DNA of 64,000 nucleotides from Candidatus Lustribacter sp. (GTDB lineage Bacteria; Vulcanimicrobiota; Vulcanimicrobiia; Vulcanimicrobiales; Vulcanimicrobiaceae): NCBI GenBank assembly GCA_965277805.1, contig OZ255842.1, positions 1,088,001 to 1,152,000 of the forward strand, read 5' to 3'. Shown piece by piece: positions 39,241 to 47,672 of this stretch (position 1 is its first letter; each line of letters starts with the position of its first letter). The notes under the pieces were generated by a model. It saw only the letters and a program-made list of their open reading frames with translations, ran no database searches and was not told where the DNA came from. The position numbers and the translations under genes were made by a program.

Positions 39241-42171
39241 ATGAAGGCCGACTTCAGCCGCGATACGTTTCATCCGTGGCGTCATTACCGGCGCGTGCTC
39301 GGACAACAGGGCCGCGTCGTCATCGACGCCGACCGCAACGAACAGACGTCGATCGACCTCGCGACGATCGAACAGACGACCTACGACGTCATCGGTCCGA
39401 GCGGCGTTCCGGAGACATCGCTCTCCTCGGGTTACGGCGGCGGCTTCCAGATCGGCCTCGCCGCGGGCGGCACCGATCTGACGATCGCGCACGGCCGCAT
39501 CTACGTCGACGGCTTGCTGATCGAGTCCGAGCGCGACACCACGCTCACGACGCAACCGTTCGGGTACGCCGGCACAACCACTGGCGGGGTGTACGGCGTC
39601 TATCTCGACGCGTGGGAGCGGCTCGTGACGCCGGTCGACGATCCGAGCATCGTGGAAACCGCGCTGGGCGGCCCCGACACCGCGTTGCGGTCGCAGATCG
39701 CTTGGCAAGTGAAGCTCGGGGCGATCGATACGACGGAGTTCGGCTCGAACCCATCGTGTGCGGAAATTCTTCCGCCGTGGGGTGAGAGCGGAGCTCAAGG
39801 CACGCTCGCCGCGCAAACCGCCGCCACGGGTGATCCGCTACCGTGCGTGCTGCCGCCGCAGTCGGGATATCAGAGCCTCGAAAACCAGCTCTACCGTGTC
39901 GAGATCCACACGGCCGGCGGATACGGTACGGCGACGTTCAAGTGGTCGCGCGAGAACGGCTCGGTCATTGCGGGCATCGTCGCGGGCGCCACGGGATCGT
40001 CGGCAAGCCCGACGTACGCGGTTCAAACGGTCGGTCGCGATGCGACCCTCGGGTTCGCCGTCAACGACTGGGTGGAGATCCTCGACGACGATAGCGAGTT
40101 CCATGGCGGCACGGGACAGCTCTTGCAATGCGCCAACGTCGACGGCACCGGCATGACGATCACGCTCGACGCGGCGCCGTCGGTCGCGATCGATCCGTCG
40201 AAGCACGCCAAATTCCGGCGCTGGGACCAAACCGTGAATGCCGGCGCAACCGGCGTTCCCATTCCCGACGGGAACTGGATCGCGCTCGAAAACGGCATCC
40301 AGGTGCAATTCTCGGGTGGCCACTTCAACGTCGGTGATTACTGGCTGATCCCGGCGCGCACCGCCACCTCCGCGGACACAATCGGCACGATCGAATGGCG
40401 CACCGACGCATCGACCAACGCGCCGGCGTTCGAGCAGCCGCGTGGCGTCAAGCACTACTACGCGAAGCTCGCGATCGTCGCGTACGACGGCCGGCTCTTC
40501 AGCGCGCCCGCGGGCGCCGCGTCGATCAGCGACTGCCGCTCGTTCTTTCCGCCGCTCACGAGCCTGCAACAGCAAGGAACCGGGCCGTGCACGCTCGTGA
40601 TCGAAGCCGGGAGTGATTGGACCGGTGCGATCGCCGCGCTGTTCGCGAACCAGCCCGCGCTTGATGCGGAGATCTGCTTCGGGACCGGTACGTTCACGAC
40701 GGCCCAACCCGTCGCGATCGCCACGACCGGCAACGTCAAAGTCAGCGGCGCCGGCTGGGGAACGCGCCTCACCGGTCCGTCGCTCGAATCGGTGCTGCAG
40801 TTCTCCGGTTGCGCCGGCGTCGTCGTGCGCGACTTGACCGCGAGCGCCGGCACCGTCAACGGTCCGCCCGACGGAAGCGCAAAAGCATCGAAGATGATTC
40901 ACGGCGCGCTCGATTTCACGAGCTGCGCCGAAGTGCTCGTGGAAAACTGCTCGCTCGCCTGCGGCGGCGGCGTCGCGCCCGGCGCCGCGTGCCTCACGAT
41001 CCGCAGCGATCCGAGCACGAATACGACGACCGGGACGGGCGTCGCGCGCGTGCGTGGATGTACGCTCGCCGTCGGCGAGATGCAATACGGCATGCTGCTC
41101 GTGCACCAGCAGCGCGCCTACGTGGAGAACAATCGCATCGCCGCGCAGCCGTCGGCGAGCGTGGGCTGGGCAACGAAGATCTTGCAGCCTGCTTTTCGCG
41201 ATCAACTCGTCAAGGTGTTCGTCGGCAACGCCGCCCTGTTCGCGCCCAAAGCGAGCTCGTCGTCGAGTGCGAGTTCGTCGTCGTCGGCGCCGGGCGCCGA
41301 GCCGCAGGTCGAGGAGCACGCCGAGCTCGTTCAAGCGAAGCCGATTCTCGCCAAGCTGAACACGACCGTGAGCGTCGCCGGCAAGACGATCCAATTCAAC
41401 TCCCCCACGCAAGTGGGGAACGTGCTCCAAACCTACATCGACGCCAACGGTCCCAAGGAGTTCGCAAACGAGAACGACCTCTACACCTACGTCAAGCAGT
41501 CCGCGCTGAGCCTCGTCACCGACAAGAACCTGCAAGCCAACTACCCCTCGCTCGCGGGTTACCTCAACAGCTTACAGCGCAACGACGTCGTCGTCGGCGC
41601 GCGCGGGATCGCGATCGGCGGACGCGCGATCGCGGAGGTGCGCATCCGCGATAACTCGATCGACCACATGCTGGCGGGCATCGTCGCCGGTGTGAGCCAT
41701 AAGGAGAAGCGGCCGCCGGCGCTGCCCGCCGACACGATGCAGAGCGTTACGATTGCGGGCAACACGATCAATCTCGTGTATCCGGCCGTCATCGCACGCG
41801 GCAGCGGGCGCTGCGGCATCTTCGTCGGCAACGCGGCCGACGTGACGATCGACAACAACCGGGTGGCCGCTTCCGGGCAGCAGCAATACGTGCACGCCGC
41901 AGCTGCGGGTTTAGCGTCGGACGGCATCCGCGTGATGGGTTATCTCGGCAAGAAGATGATCGTGCGGCACAATCACACGAGCGGCTTCACACGCGACATT
42001 TTCGTTTCCGCGCTGCTGCCGACCGGCCCGAAACAACACACGCGGTACTGGTATACGAGCCCGCCGAAAACGGGCACCACGAACGCGAACCTTTGGCTCG
42101 TCGCCGACAACATGTGCGAGAGCAATTCGATCGACGCCCCAGCCTGCATTCTCAGCGACAACTGGCCGTGA
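39241..42171 (+). CDS. DUF6519 tail-fibre-like protein with C-terminal right-handed beta-helix
   Basis: MKADFSR, QQGRV..DAD.NEQ, GRIYVDG, ENQLYRVEIH, FKWSRENGS, GDYWLIPART; repeated I..N.I beta-helix motifs in the C-terminal half. Confidence 0.9.
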   Translation: MKADFSRDTFHPWRHYRRVLGQQGRVVIDADRNEQTSIDLATIEQTTYDVIGPSGVPETSLSSGYGGGFQIGLAAGGTDLTIAHGRIYVDGLLIESERDTTLTTQPFGYAGTTTGGVYGVYLDAWERLVTPVDDPSIVETALGGPDTALRSQIAWQVKLGAIDTTEFGSNPSCAEILPPWGESGAQGTLAAQTAATGDPLPCVLPPQSGYQSLENQLYRVEIHTAGGYGTATFKWSRENGSVIAGIVAGATGSSASPTYAVQTVGRDATLGFAVNDWVEILDDDSEFHGGTGQLLQCANVDGTGMTITLDAAPSVAIDPSKHAKFRRWDQTVNAGATGVPIPDGNWIALENGIQVQFSGGHFNVGDYWLIPARTATSADTIGTIEWRTDASTNAPAFEQPRGVKHYYAKLAIVAYDGRLFSAPAGAASISDCRSFFPPLTSLQQQGTGPCTLVIEAGSDWTGAIAALFANQPALDAEICFGTGTFTTAQPVAIATTGNVKVSGAGWGTRLTGPSLESVLQFSGCAGVVVRDLTASAGTVNGPPDGSAKASKMIHGALDFTSCAEVLVENCSLACGGGVAPGAACLTIRSDPSTNTTTGTGVARVRGCTLAVGEMQYGMLLVHQQRAYVENNRIAAQPSASVGWATKILQPAFRDQLVKVFVGNAALFAPKASSSSSASSSSSAPGAEPQVEEHAELVQAKPILAKLNTTVSVAGKTIQFNSPTQVGNVLQTYIDANGPKEFANENDLYTYVKQSALSLVTDKNLQANYPSLAGYLNSLQRNDVVVGARGIAIGGRAIAEVRIRDNSIDHMLAGIVAGVSHKEKRPPALPADTMQSVTIAGNTINLVYPAVIARGSGRCGIFVGNAADVTIDNNRVAASGQQQYVHAAAAGLASDGIRVMGYLGKKMIVRHNHTSGFTRDIFVSALLPTGPKQHTRYWYTSPPKTGTTNANLWLVADNMCESNSIDAPACILSDNWP

Positions 42172-42176
42172 GCGTC

Positions 42177-42205
42177 TTGCGTTCCGTGGTAACGGCGCGT
42201 ATACT
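42177..42205 (+). promoter_or_regulatory. Sigma70-type promoter
   Basis: TTGCGT (42177-42182), 17-bp spacer, TATACT (42200-42205). Confidence 0.7.
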
Positions 42206-42211
42206 TTCCGT

Positions 42212-42274
42212 ACAGCGGAGTTCCAAGGTAGGAGGGTTACCAGGGGGTTCGAATCCCGCGATTCTTCGCTTGCA
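42212..42274 (+). ncRNA. Candidate tRNA-like small RNA or structured leader
   Basis: 7-bp closing stem AGCGGAG/CTTCGCT, D-like hairpin TCC-AAGGTA-GGA, T-loop GGTTCGAATCC; lies between a promoter and a terminator. Confidence 0.5.
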
Positions 42275-42276
42275 AC

Positions 42277-42312
42277 CGGGGCGGCGCCATGCGTCGCCTC
42301 CGTTTGTTTTTT
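42277..42312 (+). terminator. Rho-independent terminator
   Basis: GGGGCGGCGC-CAT-GCGTCGCCTC hairpin followed by TTTGTTTTTT. Confidence 0.8.
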
Positions 42313-42328
42313 CCGGTGCCTGAGCGCG

Positions 42329-44314
42329 ATGCTCGAACACACTGTGCGCGCCGTGCAGAGCGCTACGCCGGAACGCCGGCGCGATGAGGTGCCGGCACCG
42401 GCGCAAACGGGACGGCCACTCGAGGCGGACGTGAGCCGGCGCATGGGTGCCGCGTTCGCGTTCGATTTTTCACGCGTGCGCATCTACAGCGAACGCGTGC
42501 CGGGTGCGGCAGCATTCACGGTCGGAAACAGCATCACGTTCGCGCCCGGACGGTACGCGCCGGAGCGCCCGGACGGAGCGTTCTTGCTTGCGCACGAGCT
42601 CGCGCACGTCGTGCAGCAGCGCGACGCCGCCGTTCCGAACGCGCCGGGTCGCTCGCGCCTGCCGCAGTCGACGCGCGCGCAGGAACGCGAAGCGAGCGGC
42701 GCCGCCGTGCGCGCCGCCGCAGGCCGGCCGACGGGACCGTTATCGTCGTCGCGCGAGCCGTTCGTGGGCCGCTTTGGCCTCGACGATGTGATCGCCGTCG
42801 CCGGCGGCGCACCCGCCACGGCAGCATACGTCGCGATCGGGGATTCCACCGCGTTCAAGTTCGGCAAGGAGATGACCGGCGGTTTCATCGAGGGCGTCAA
42901 GCAGCATCTCGCCGATGGCAGCAGTGACGCGCTCAAGGCCCGGGTGCACGAATTTGAAACGAGCCCCTCGGCGATGTACGCCTACTTCAAAGGCTATCTC
43001 ATCGGCCTGGTCGAGGGCCTGATCAGTCCGATCACCGACATTTGGAACCTCATCAAGAGCGTCGCCGGAATGCTCAGCACGATTCAAGGCTGGATCGATC
43101 GGGCAGCGGCCCTCTTCGCCCAACCCGCCGTGCTGGCGGCGCGCATCGACGCACTGAAAACGCGCTGGAACGAGCTGCTCGCCGAGGCGGCGCCGCGCAT
43201 TATAAAATTCATCGAGAATCCGAGCGGCAGCGCCGCCGATCTCGCCGATTTCGTTCAGAACCTCACCGAGCAGGCCTTGGCCAAGGCCCGGGAGTTCGGG
43301 CACACTGCGGCCGACAAGGTGTTCACGTTCCTTGCATTGCCGTGGCGCGAACTCGGTGAGAAGGTCGGCTACGTCATCGGCATGGCCGTCGTGCAGACCT
43401 TGATGCTGGTCTTCTCCGATGCGATCGGCAACGCGCTCGAGGCCGCGGTAGCGTTTGCCGGCAAATTCGCCGGCATCATCGCCGAAGGCGCCGAGACGGC
43501 GCTACGTTTTGTGGCGGGATTGGGACAGAAGCTCGAGACGCTCTTCAGCGAGGCCGGCTCGATGCTCTCCGAAACGTTCGGCGCGCTCTGGACGAAGCTC
43601 AAAGCGTTCTTCGAATCTTTGACCGCCTTTTGCGAGGACGCCGCCAAAATGGTGAAGACGCCGGCAGCGAACGATGCCTTGAAAGGCACTGAGAAAGGCG
43701 TCGATGCGGCCAAGGACGTCAAGGCGGCCGCCAAGGTACACGATCCGGCGCCCACGCCGCATCCGAAGCCCACGGATCCGGGCCCCGCGCCGCACGGCGC
43801 GCAGGACGTACGCGTGGATAAAATGCCGGACCATCCGTTTGTGCAACTGGCGCTCGATTTTCCGGCCGTCGAAGTTGCCGAAGACGTTGGAGTTAAAGCA
43901 GCGACGCGATTCGCGAACGATCCCGCGTTGATGCAACTCTATCAGAACGGCGGCCGGGACATGACGACGGCCGGCAATGCGTTCCACAACATCGCCATGC
44001 GCGAGGCGCGCGCGATTCCGGCTAGTGCATTGCCGCCCGGGTGGAGCATGACGGCCGAGGAGAGCTTCACGGCGGGCGGAATGCGCGGCCGCGCCGACAT
44101 CATGTTGCGCGGCCCCAACGGCGAGATGGTGGAGATCGACTGGAAGACCACCGCGGAGAGTGCGCTCGACGGCACGAAAGGCGTCGACCGCCGCGCCGGC
44201 ATCATCCAGCGAGCGACGGGCTCTGCCGGACGGCACCTCCAGATCTCGCGCCATTGGACGGAATTGGTCGATGACGCGCTCGCAAAACTGGGACGCAAAG
44301 GGGTGCGGCGATGA
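42329..44314 (+). CDS. eCIS effector: DUF4157 core domain, hydrophobic helical region, C-terminal PD-(D/E)xK nuclease-like toxin
   Basis: FDFSRVRI, AFTVGNSI.FAPGRY.P, LLAHELAHVVQQ; C-terminal GNAFH...RGRADIML...VEIDWKT. Confidence 0.85.
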   Translation: MLEHTVRAVQSATPERRRDEVPAPAQTGRPLEADVSRRMGAAFAFDFSRVRIYSERVPGAAAFTVGNSITFAPGRYAPERPDGAFLLAHELAHVVQQRDAAVPNAPGRSRLPQSTRAQEREASGAAVRAAAGRPTGPLSSSREPFVGRFGLDDVIAVAGGAPATAAYVAIGDSTAFKFGKEMTGGFIEGVKQHLADGSSDALKARVHEFETSPSAMYAYFKGYLIGLVEGLISPITDIWNLIKSVAGMLSTIQGWIDRAAALFAQPAVLAARIDALKTRWNELLAEAAPRIIKFIENPSGSAADLADFVQNLTEQALAKAREFGHTAADKVFTFLALPWRELGEKVGYVIGMAVVQTLMLVFSDAIGNALEAAVAFAGKFAGIIAEGAETALRFVAGLGQKLETLFSEAGSMLSETFGALWTKLKAFFESLTAFCEDAAKMVKTPAANDALKGTEKGVDAAKDVKAAAKVHDPAPTPHPKPTDPGPAPHGAQDVRVDKMPDHPFVQLALDFPAVEVAEDVGVKAATRFANDPALMQLYQNGGRDMTTAGNAFHNIAMREARAIPASALPPGWSMTAEESFTAGGMRGRADIMLRGPNGEMVEIDWKTTAESALDGTKGVDRRAGIIQRATGSAGRHLQISRHWTELVDDALAKLGRKGVRR

Positions 44315-45867
44315 ACGCGGCGCACGGCACGCCGGCGGCGGTGCACGGCGCCCACTTGCAGATCGAGTTCGATCATGGCCTCGGGGATTGCGCGATGTTC
44401 GCGCACATGCTGCAGCTCTATCGCCGGCGCGGTTATACGTTCGACATTCGCTCGGACGCGAACAAGACGCTGGTGTGGGATGCCGCCGGTGTCGGATCCG
44501 AGCGCGCCGGTGGGCCGTTCGAGCGCCATGAATGGCCGCATCCGCCGGCATTCAACCGGCCCGATCTTCGCGACGAAACGGCGAGCAGCAAAGTCGCGTG
44601 GAACATCAACCGCGCGCCGCTGCCGGCCATCGGTCCAGCCCTCGATTTGTGGAACGAACTCTGTGCGATCGATCTCACCGGCACGGCGGACGCGTGCGTG
44701 AGCAGCGCCGATGCGCGCGATGCTGCGGCATTCGTGCGCGACCTGCCCCGGCCGATCGTGCTGCTGCACACGGCCGGCACGTCGAGTCCCGAAACGAAGA
44801 GCTTGCCGAATCCGCTCGCAACGGCGCTCTACCGCACGCTGCTGCGCGCGATGCCGGGATCGCTCGTCTTACTCGATTGGGACAACCGGGTTCCGCGGTT
44901 GGCCAACGCCCGCGTCCGCCACACCGGAAATGACTGGGGACATGTCACGCTCGGTCAGCTCGCGGCACTCATGCGCGAAGCCGCGTTGCTGATCGGGATC
45001 GACTCCGGGCCCTACTATTTTGCCTCGCTCACGAACGTGCCGGTTCTCGGCGTGTTCCATCACCACTATCCCGCCTGTCTAACGCTGCCGCGGGCAAGCA
45101 CCGTCAATCTTACGCGCGCCGCGTACGCGCCGATCAACGCAACGCGGCGTCGCAAGTGGAACATCGTGGAATACGCCGGCAGCATGCCGACGGCGGAGGA
45201 GGTCGCGCTGCACGCGGGGCGGATGCTCGCCGGTCCGCGCTACGGTTTGCCGCTCGGACGTGATGTGATGCTGCAGCAGTGGGTGCTCGATTGGTGCAAC
45301 GCGCAGCCGGCCGCGTTTCCGGTCGGCGAGCGCGCACTTACCTTCGACGCCGTGTTGCGCGAGATCACGCGACGCTTCGTCGATCCGACGATCGTCGAGA
45401 CCGGTTGCATCCGTGCGCCGGAGGATTGGCGCGCGGGCTACAGCTCGTATCTGTTCGGCGCGTATCTCGACGGGCTCCGCGCCGGGCACTTGATCTCGCT
45501 CGACAACGATTTCTCCCATTGCCGCTTCGCGCTGCAAGCGTGCGAGGCGTGGGGTGCGCACGTTAACGTCGTTTGTACGGACTCCGTCTCATGGCTGACC
45601 GCGACGCATGAGACGATCGACGTGCTCTATCTCGACTCGCTCGATACGGATTTTCCCGGCCACGCCGATCACGCGCTGCGCGAAACGGTCGCGGCCGAGG
45701 ACAAGCTGTCGGCGGACGCGCTCGTGGTCTACGACGATTCGCCCTGGGACGGCGGATGGGCGGGAAAGGGCGCGAAGGCAATTCCCTATTTGCTGGAACG
45801 TAACTGGCGCGTCGTCGCGGCCGGCTACCAGACGGTGTTGTCGCGAACCGCAGGCCTACGCGGGTAG
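44311..45867 (+). CDS. GT9-like glycosyltransferase fused to class I SAM-dependent methyltransferase
   Basis: ATGA overlap with the effector; FDHGLGD, LLIGIDSGPYY; C-terminal IVETGC, DSVSWL, IDVLYLDS, VVYDD, GKG. Confidence 0.85.
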   Translation: MNAAHGTPAAVHGAHLQIEFDHGLGDCAMFAHMLQLYRRRGYTFDIRSDANKTLVWDAAGVGSERAGGPFERHEWPHPPAFNRPDLRDETASSKVAWNINRAPLPAIGPALDLWNELCAIDLTGTADACVSSADARDAAAFVRDLPRPIVLLHTAGTSSPETKSLPNPLATALYRTLLRAMPGSLVLLDWDNRVPRLANARVRHTGNDWGHVTLGQLAALMREAALLIGIDSGPYYFASLTNVPVLGVFHHHYPACLTLPRASTVNLTRAAYAPINATRRRKWNIVEYAGSMPTAEEVALHAGRMLAGPRYGLPLGRDVMLQQWVLDWCNAQPAAFPVGERALTFDAVLREITRRFVDPTIVETGCIRAPEDWRAGYSSYLFGAYLDGLRAGHLISLDNDFSHCRFALQACEAWGAHVNVVCTDSVSWLTATHETIDVLYLDSLDTDFPGHADHALRETVAAEDKLSADALVVYDDSPWDGGWAGKGAKAIPYLLERNWRVVAAGYQTVLSRTAGLRG

Positions 45868-46656
45868 GCCGACGCGCGGAAAGAAATCGGCAGCGAGTTT
45901 CTTTGTCTCGGATGACGGTGCGACGCCGATCTGATCGGCAAGGTAACTCGTGAGCAAGCGGTATTGCTGCAGCGCTCGCGCCGGCTGACCGAGCTCCATG
46001 AAGCAGCGCATGACCAGGCGCGTCGCCGCTTCGTGCCCGCGTTCGGATTCGATCAACTCGAGCGCGTGATCCAGCGCCTTGATCCACTCATTGCGTTCGA
46101 TGAAGTGCACCGCGAGCGCTTCGAGCGCGCGATCGCGCGCCGTCGCCAACCGGACCCGCATCGGCTGCAGCCAGTCGGCGGTTTCTCCGGCGAGAAATTC
46201 TCCGCCGTAGAGACCGATCGCGCGCCGGTGACTCTCAAACGTATCTTCGCGCGTGCAGTCGAGCAGCCAATCCGCGTCGGTGACGATGCGAATGTGCGCA
46301 GCCCAGCAGTACCCGCTGCCGGCGAACTCGAGCGCCTGCGAGCCGCCGAAGAGCGACCGCAAGTATGACCGGGCGCCGCTGGCGGCGAGATGGATGCGGT
46401 GGGACACGTCCTCGCTGGAGCACGATGGCCAAAACGCCGCGGCCAACTGATCGCGCGTGGCCATGCGCCGCGGATAAGCGGCGAGGTACTGCAAGAGCCA
46501 GCCGCCTTTCTTAGGCGGCGGACCGGTGTGCCACGCGCCGGCCGAGCGAATCCCAAACCGGCCGAGCAACCGAAACTCGAGGACGTCCGTGGCAACGTCA
46601 CTATGTGTATCCACGACGTGTATTTTCGACTGCTCCCGCATGTCCACGCTCGGCAT
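45856..46656 (-). CDS. SARP-family transcriptional activator (wHTH + BTAD)
   Basis: FRLLGRF, LLQYLAAY, RDQLAAAFWP, LYGGEFL, HEAATRLVMRC...G...ALQQY..L...IGVAPS.ET. Confidence 0.9.
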   Translation of the reverse strand: MPSVDMREQSKIHVVDTHSDVATDVLEFRLLGRFGIRSAGAWHTGPPPKKGGWLLQYLAAYPRRMATRDQLAAAFWPSCSSEDVSHRIHLAASGARSYLRSLFGGSQALEFAGSGYCWAAHIRIVTDADWLLDCTREDTFESHRRAIGLYGGEFLAGETADWLQPMRVRLATARDRALEALAVHFIERNEWIKALDHALELIESERGHEAATRLVMRCFMELGQPARALQQYRLLTSYLADQIGVAPSSETKKLAADFFPRVGLPA

Positions 46657-46776
46657 GACACGTCAATTAAGAAGTCGTTCAGTCTCTCCCCCGGGGCAAG
46701 CTCACAAGAAGTGGGGAGCCGGCGGCCTCACCGGAAAGCGAGCGAGCGCCTTTTCGCCGATCGCCGGCGCAATATT

Positions 46777-47634
46777 TCAGGCCGACTCGGCTGTCCGAAA
46801 CTTCACGATCTCGGCGCCAAAAAAGAGGAACATCGCCGACACGTAAATCCACAGCAAGAGTCCCAGTGTGGAACCGGCGGCGCCATAGCCGCGTGCGAGT
46901 CCTGCGACCTGCAGTAGGAGCGCGATCGCCCATTGCCCGGCGACGAAGAGCACCGCGCTGACGATCGCGCCTTGCCACACGTTGCGCCAACGTACCTTAA
47001 CCTGCGGCAAGTACTTGAACACTAGCGCAAACAACACGGTCAGCGCGCCGAGCGAAAAGATGGTGCTCGCGATTTTGAGTGCCCATCCCAGCGCGGCGAC
47101 GGCCGGGTTACTCCGTAGCGACGCGATCACGACGGCGATCGATGCATCGGTGGCGAGCGTCACGATGAGGACGAGGGCCATGACGAACACCATCACCAGC
47201 GCCAGGACGCGCTCGCGCAGAACGCTGAGCCACGGTTCGTCGGGCTTCACGTGGACGTGCCAGATGATGTTCAGGGCATCCTGGAGAGTAAGGAAGACGC
47301 CGGAGAGCGCACCGAAGAGCGTGATCCAGCCGATGATGCCGAACACCGTGCCGACGTGGACGTTTTCGCGCGCCGATTGCACCATTGCCTGAAGCGCCGT
47401 CGCGCCGTCATGCCCGATCGCGAGACTCGCTTGATTGATCAGGTGTTGCTGCACCTTATCGTTGTTGACGAAGTGTCCAGTCAAAGCCATGATGATCACA
47501 AACAACGGCGCGAGCGCGAAGATCGTGGAGAACGACAGCGCGCCGGCAAGCGTCGGCGCGCGGTCCATCAGCCAGGCGCCGAAAGAGATTTTGAGCGCGT
47601 TCGCGAGTGACGCACGCCCGGACGCTTCTCTCAT
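46777..47634 (-). CDS. YihY/BrkB family inner-membrane protein
   Basis: LAGALSFSTIFALAP, LQDALN.IW, YGAAGS..LLLWIY...FFGAE. Confidence 0.92.
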   Translation of the reverse strand: MREASGRASLANALKISFGAWLMDRAPTLAGALSFSTIFALAPLFVIIMALTGHFVNNDKVQQHLINQASLAIGHDGATALQAMVQSARENVHVGTVFGIIGWITLFGALSGVFLTLQDALNIIWHVHVKPDEPWLSVLRERVLALVMVFVMALVLIVTLATDASIAVVIASLRSNPAVAALGWALKIASTIFSLGALTVLFALVFKYLPQVKVRWRNVWQGAIVSAVLFVAGQWAIALLLQVAGLARGYGAAGSTLGLLLWIYVSAMFLFFGAEIVKFRTAESA

Positions 47635-47672
47635 GAGGAGTTCCCATGTACCCCAGCCGGGTCGAAGAGAAA

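Noticed and set aside
22077-41535. Long minus-strand ORFs opposite the eCIS genes (e.g. 785, 592, 623, 910, 676 aa)
   Set aside because: Antisense shadows expected in high-GC coding DNA; no recognisable motifs.
21513-42171. Prophage or type VI secretion system
   Set aside because: No capsid, portal, terminase or integrase, and no TssJ/L/M or ClpV. DUF4255, Afp15-type ATPase, DUF6519 and DUF4157 indicate an eCIS.
42214-42274. Canonical tRNA gene
   Set aside because: A T-loop is present, but there is no full anticodon arm, the T-stem is imperfect and separated from the closing stem, and there is no CCA.
42221-42280. c-di-GMP-I or -II riboswitch
   Set aside because: Only short look-alike words (GGTAG..GGTTACC, TGCAACCG); the other conserved elements are absent.
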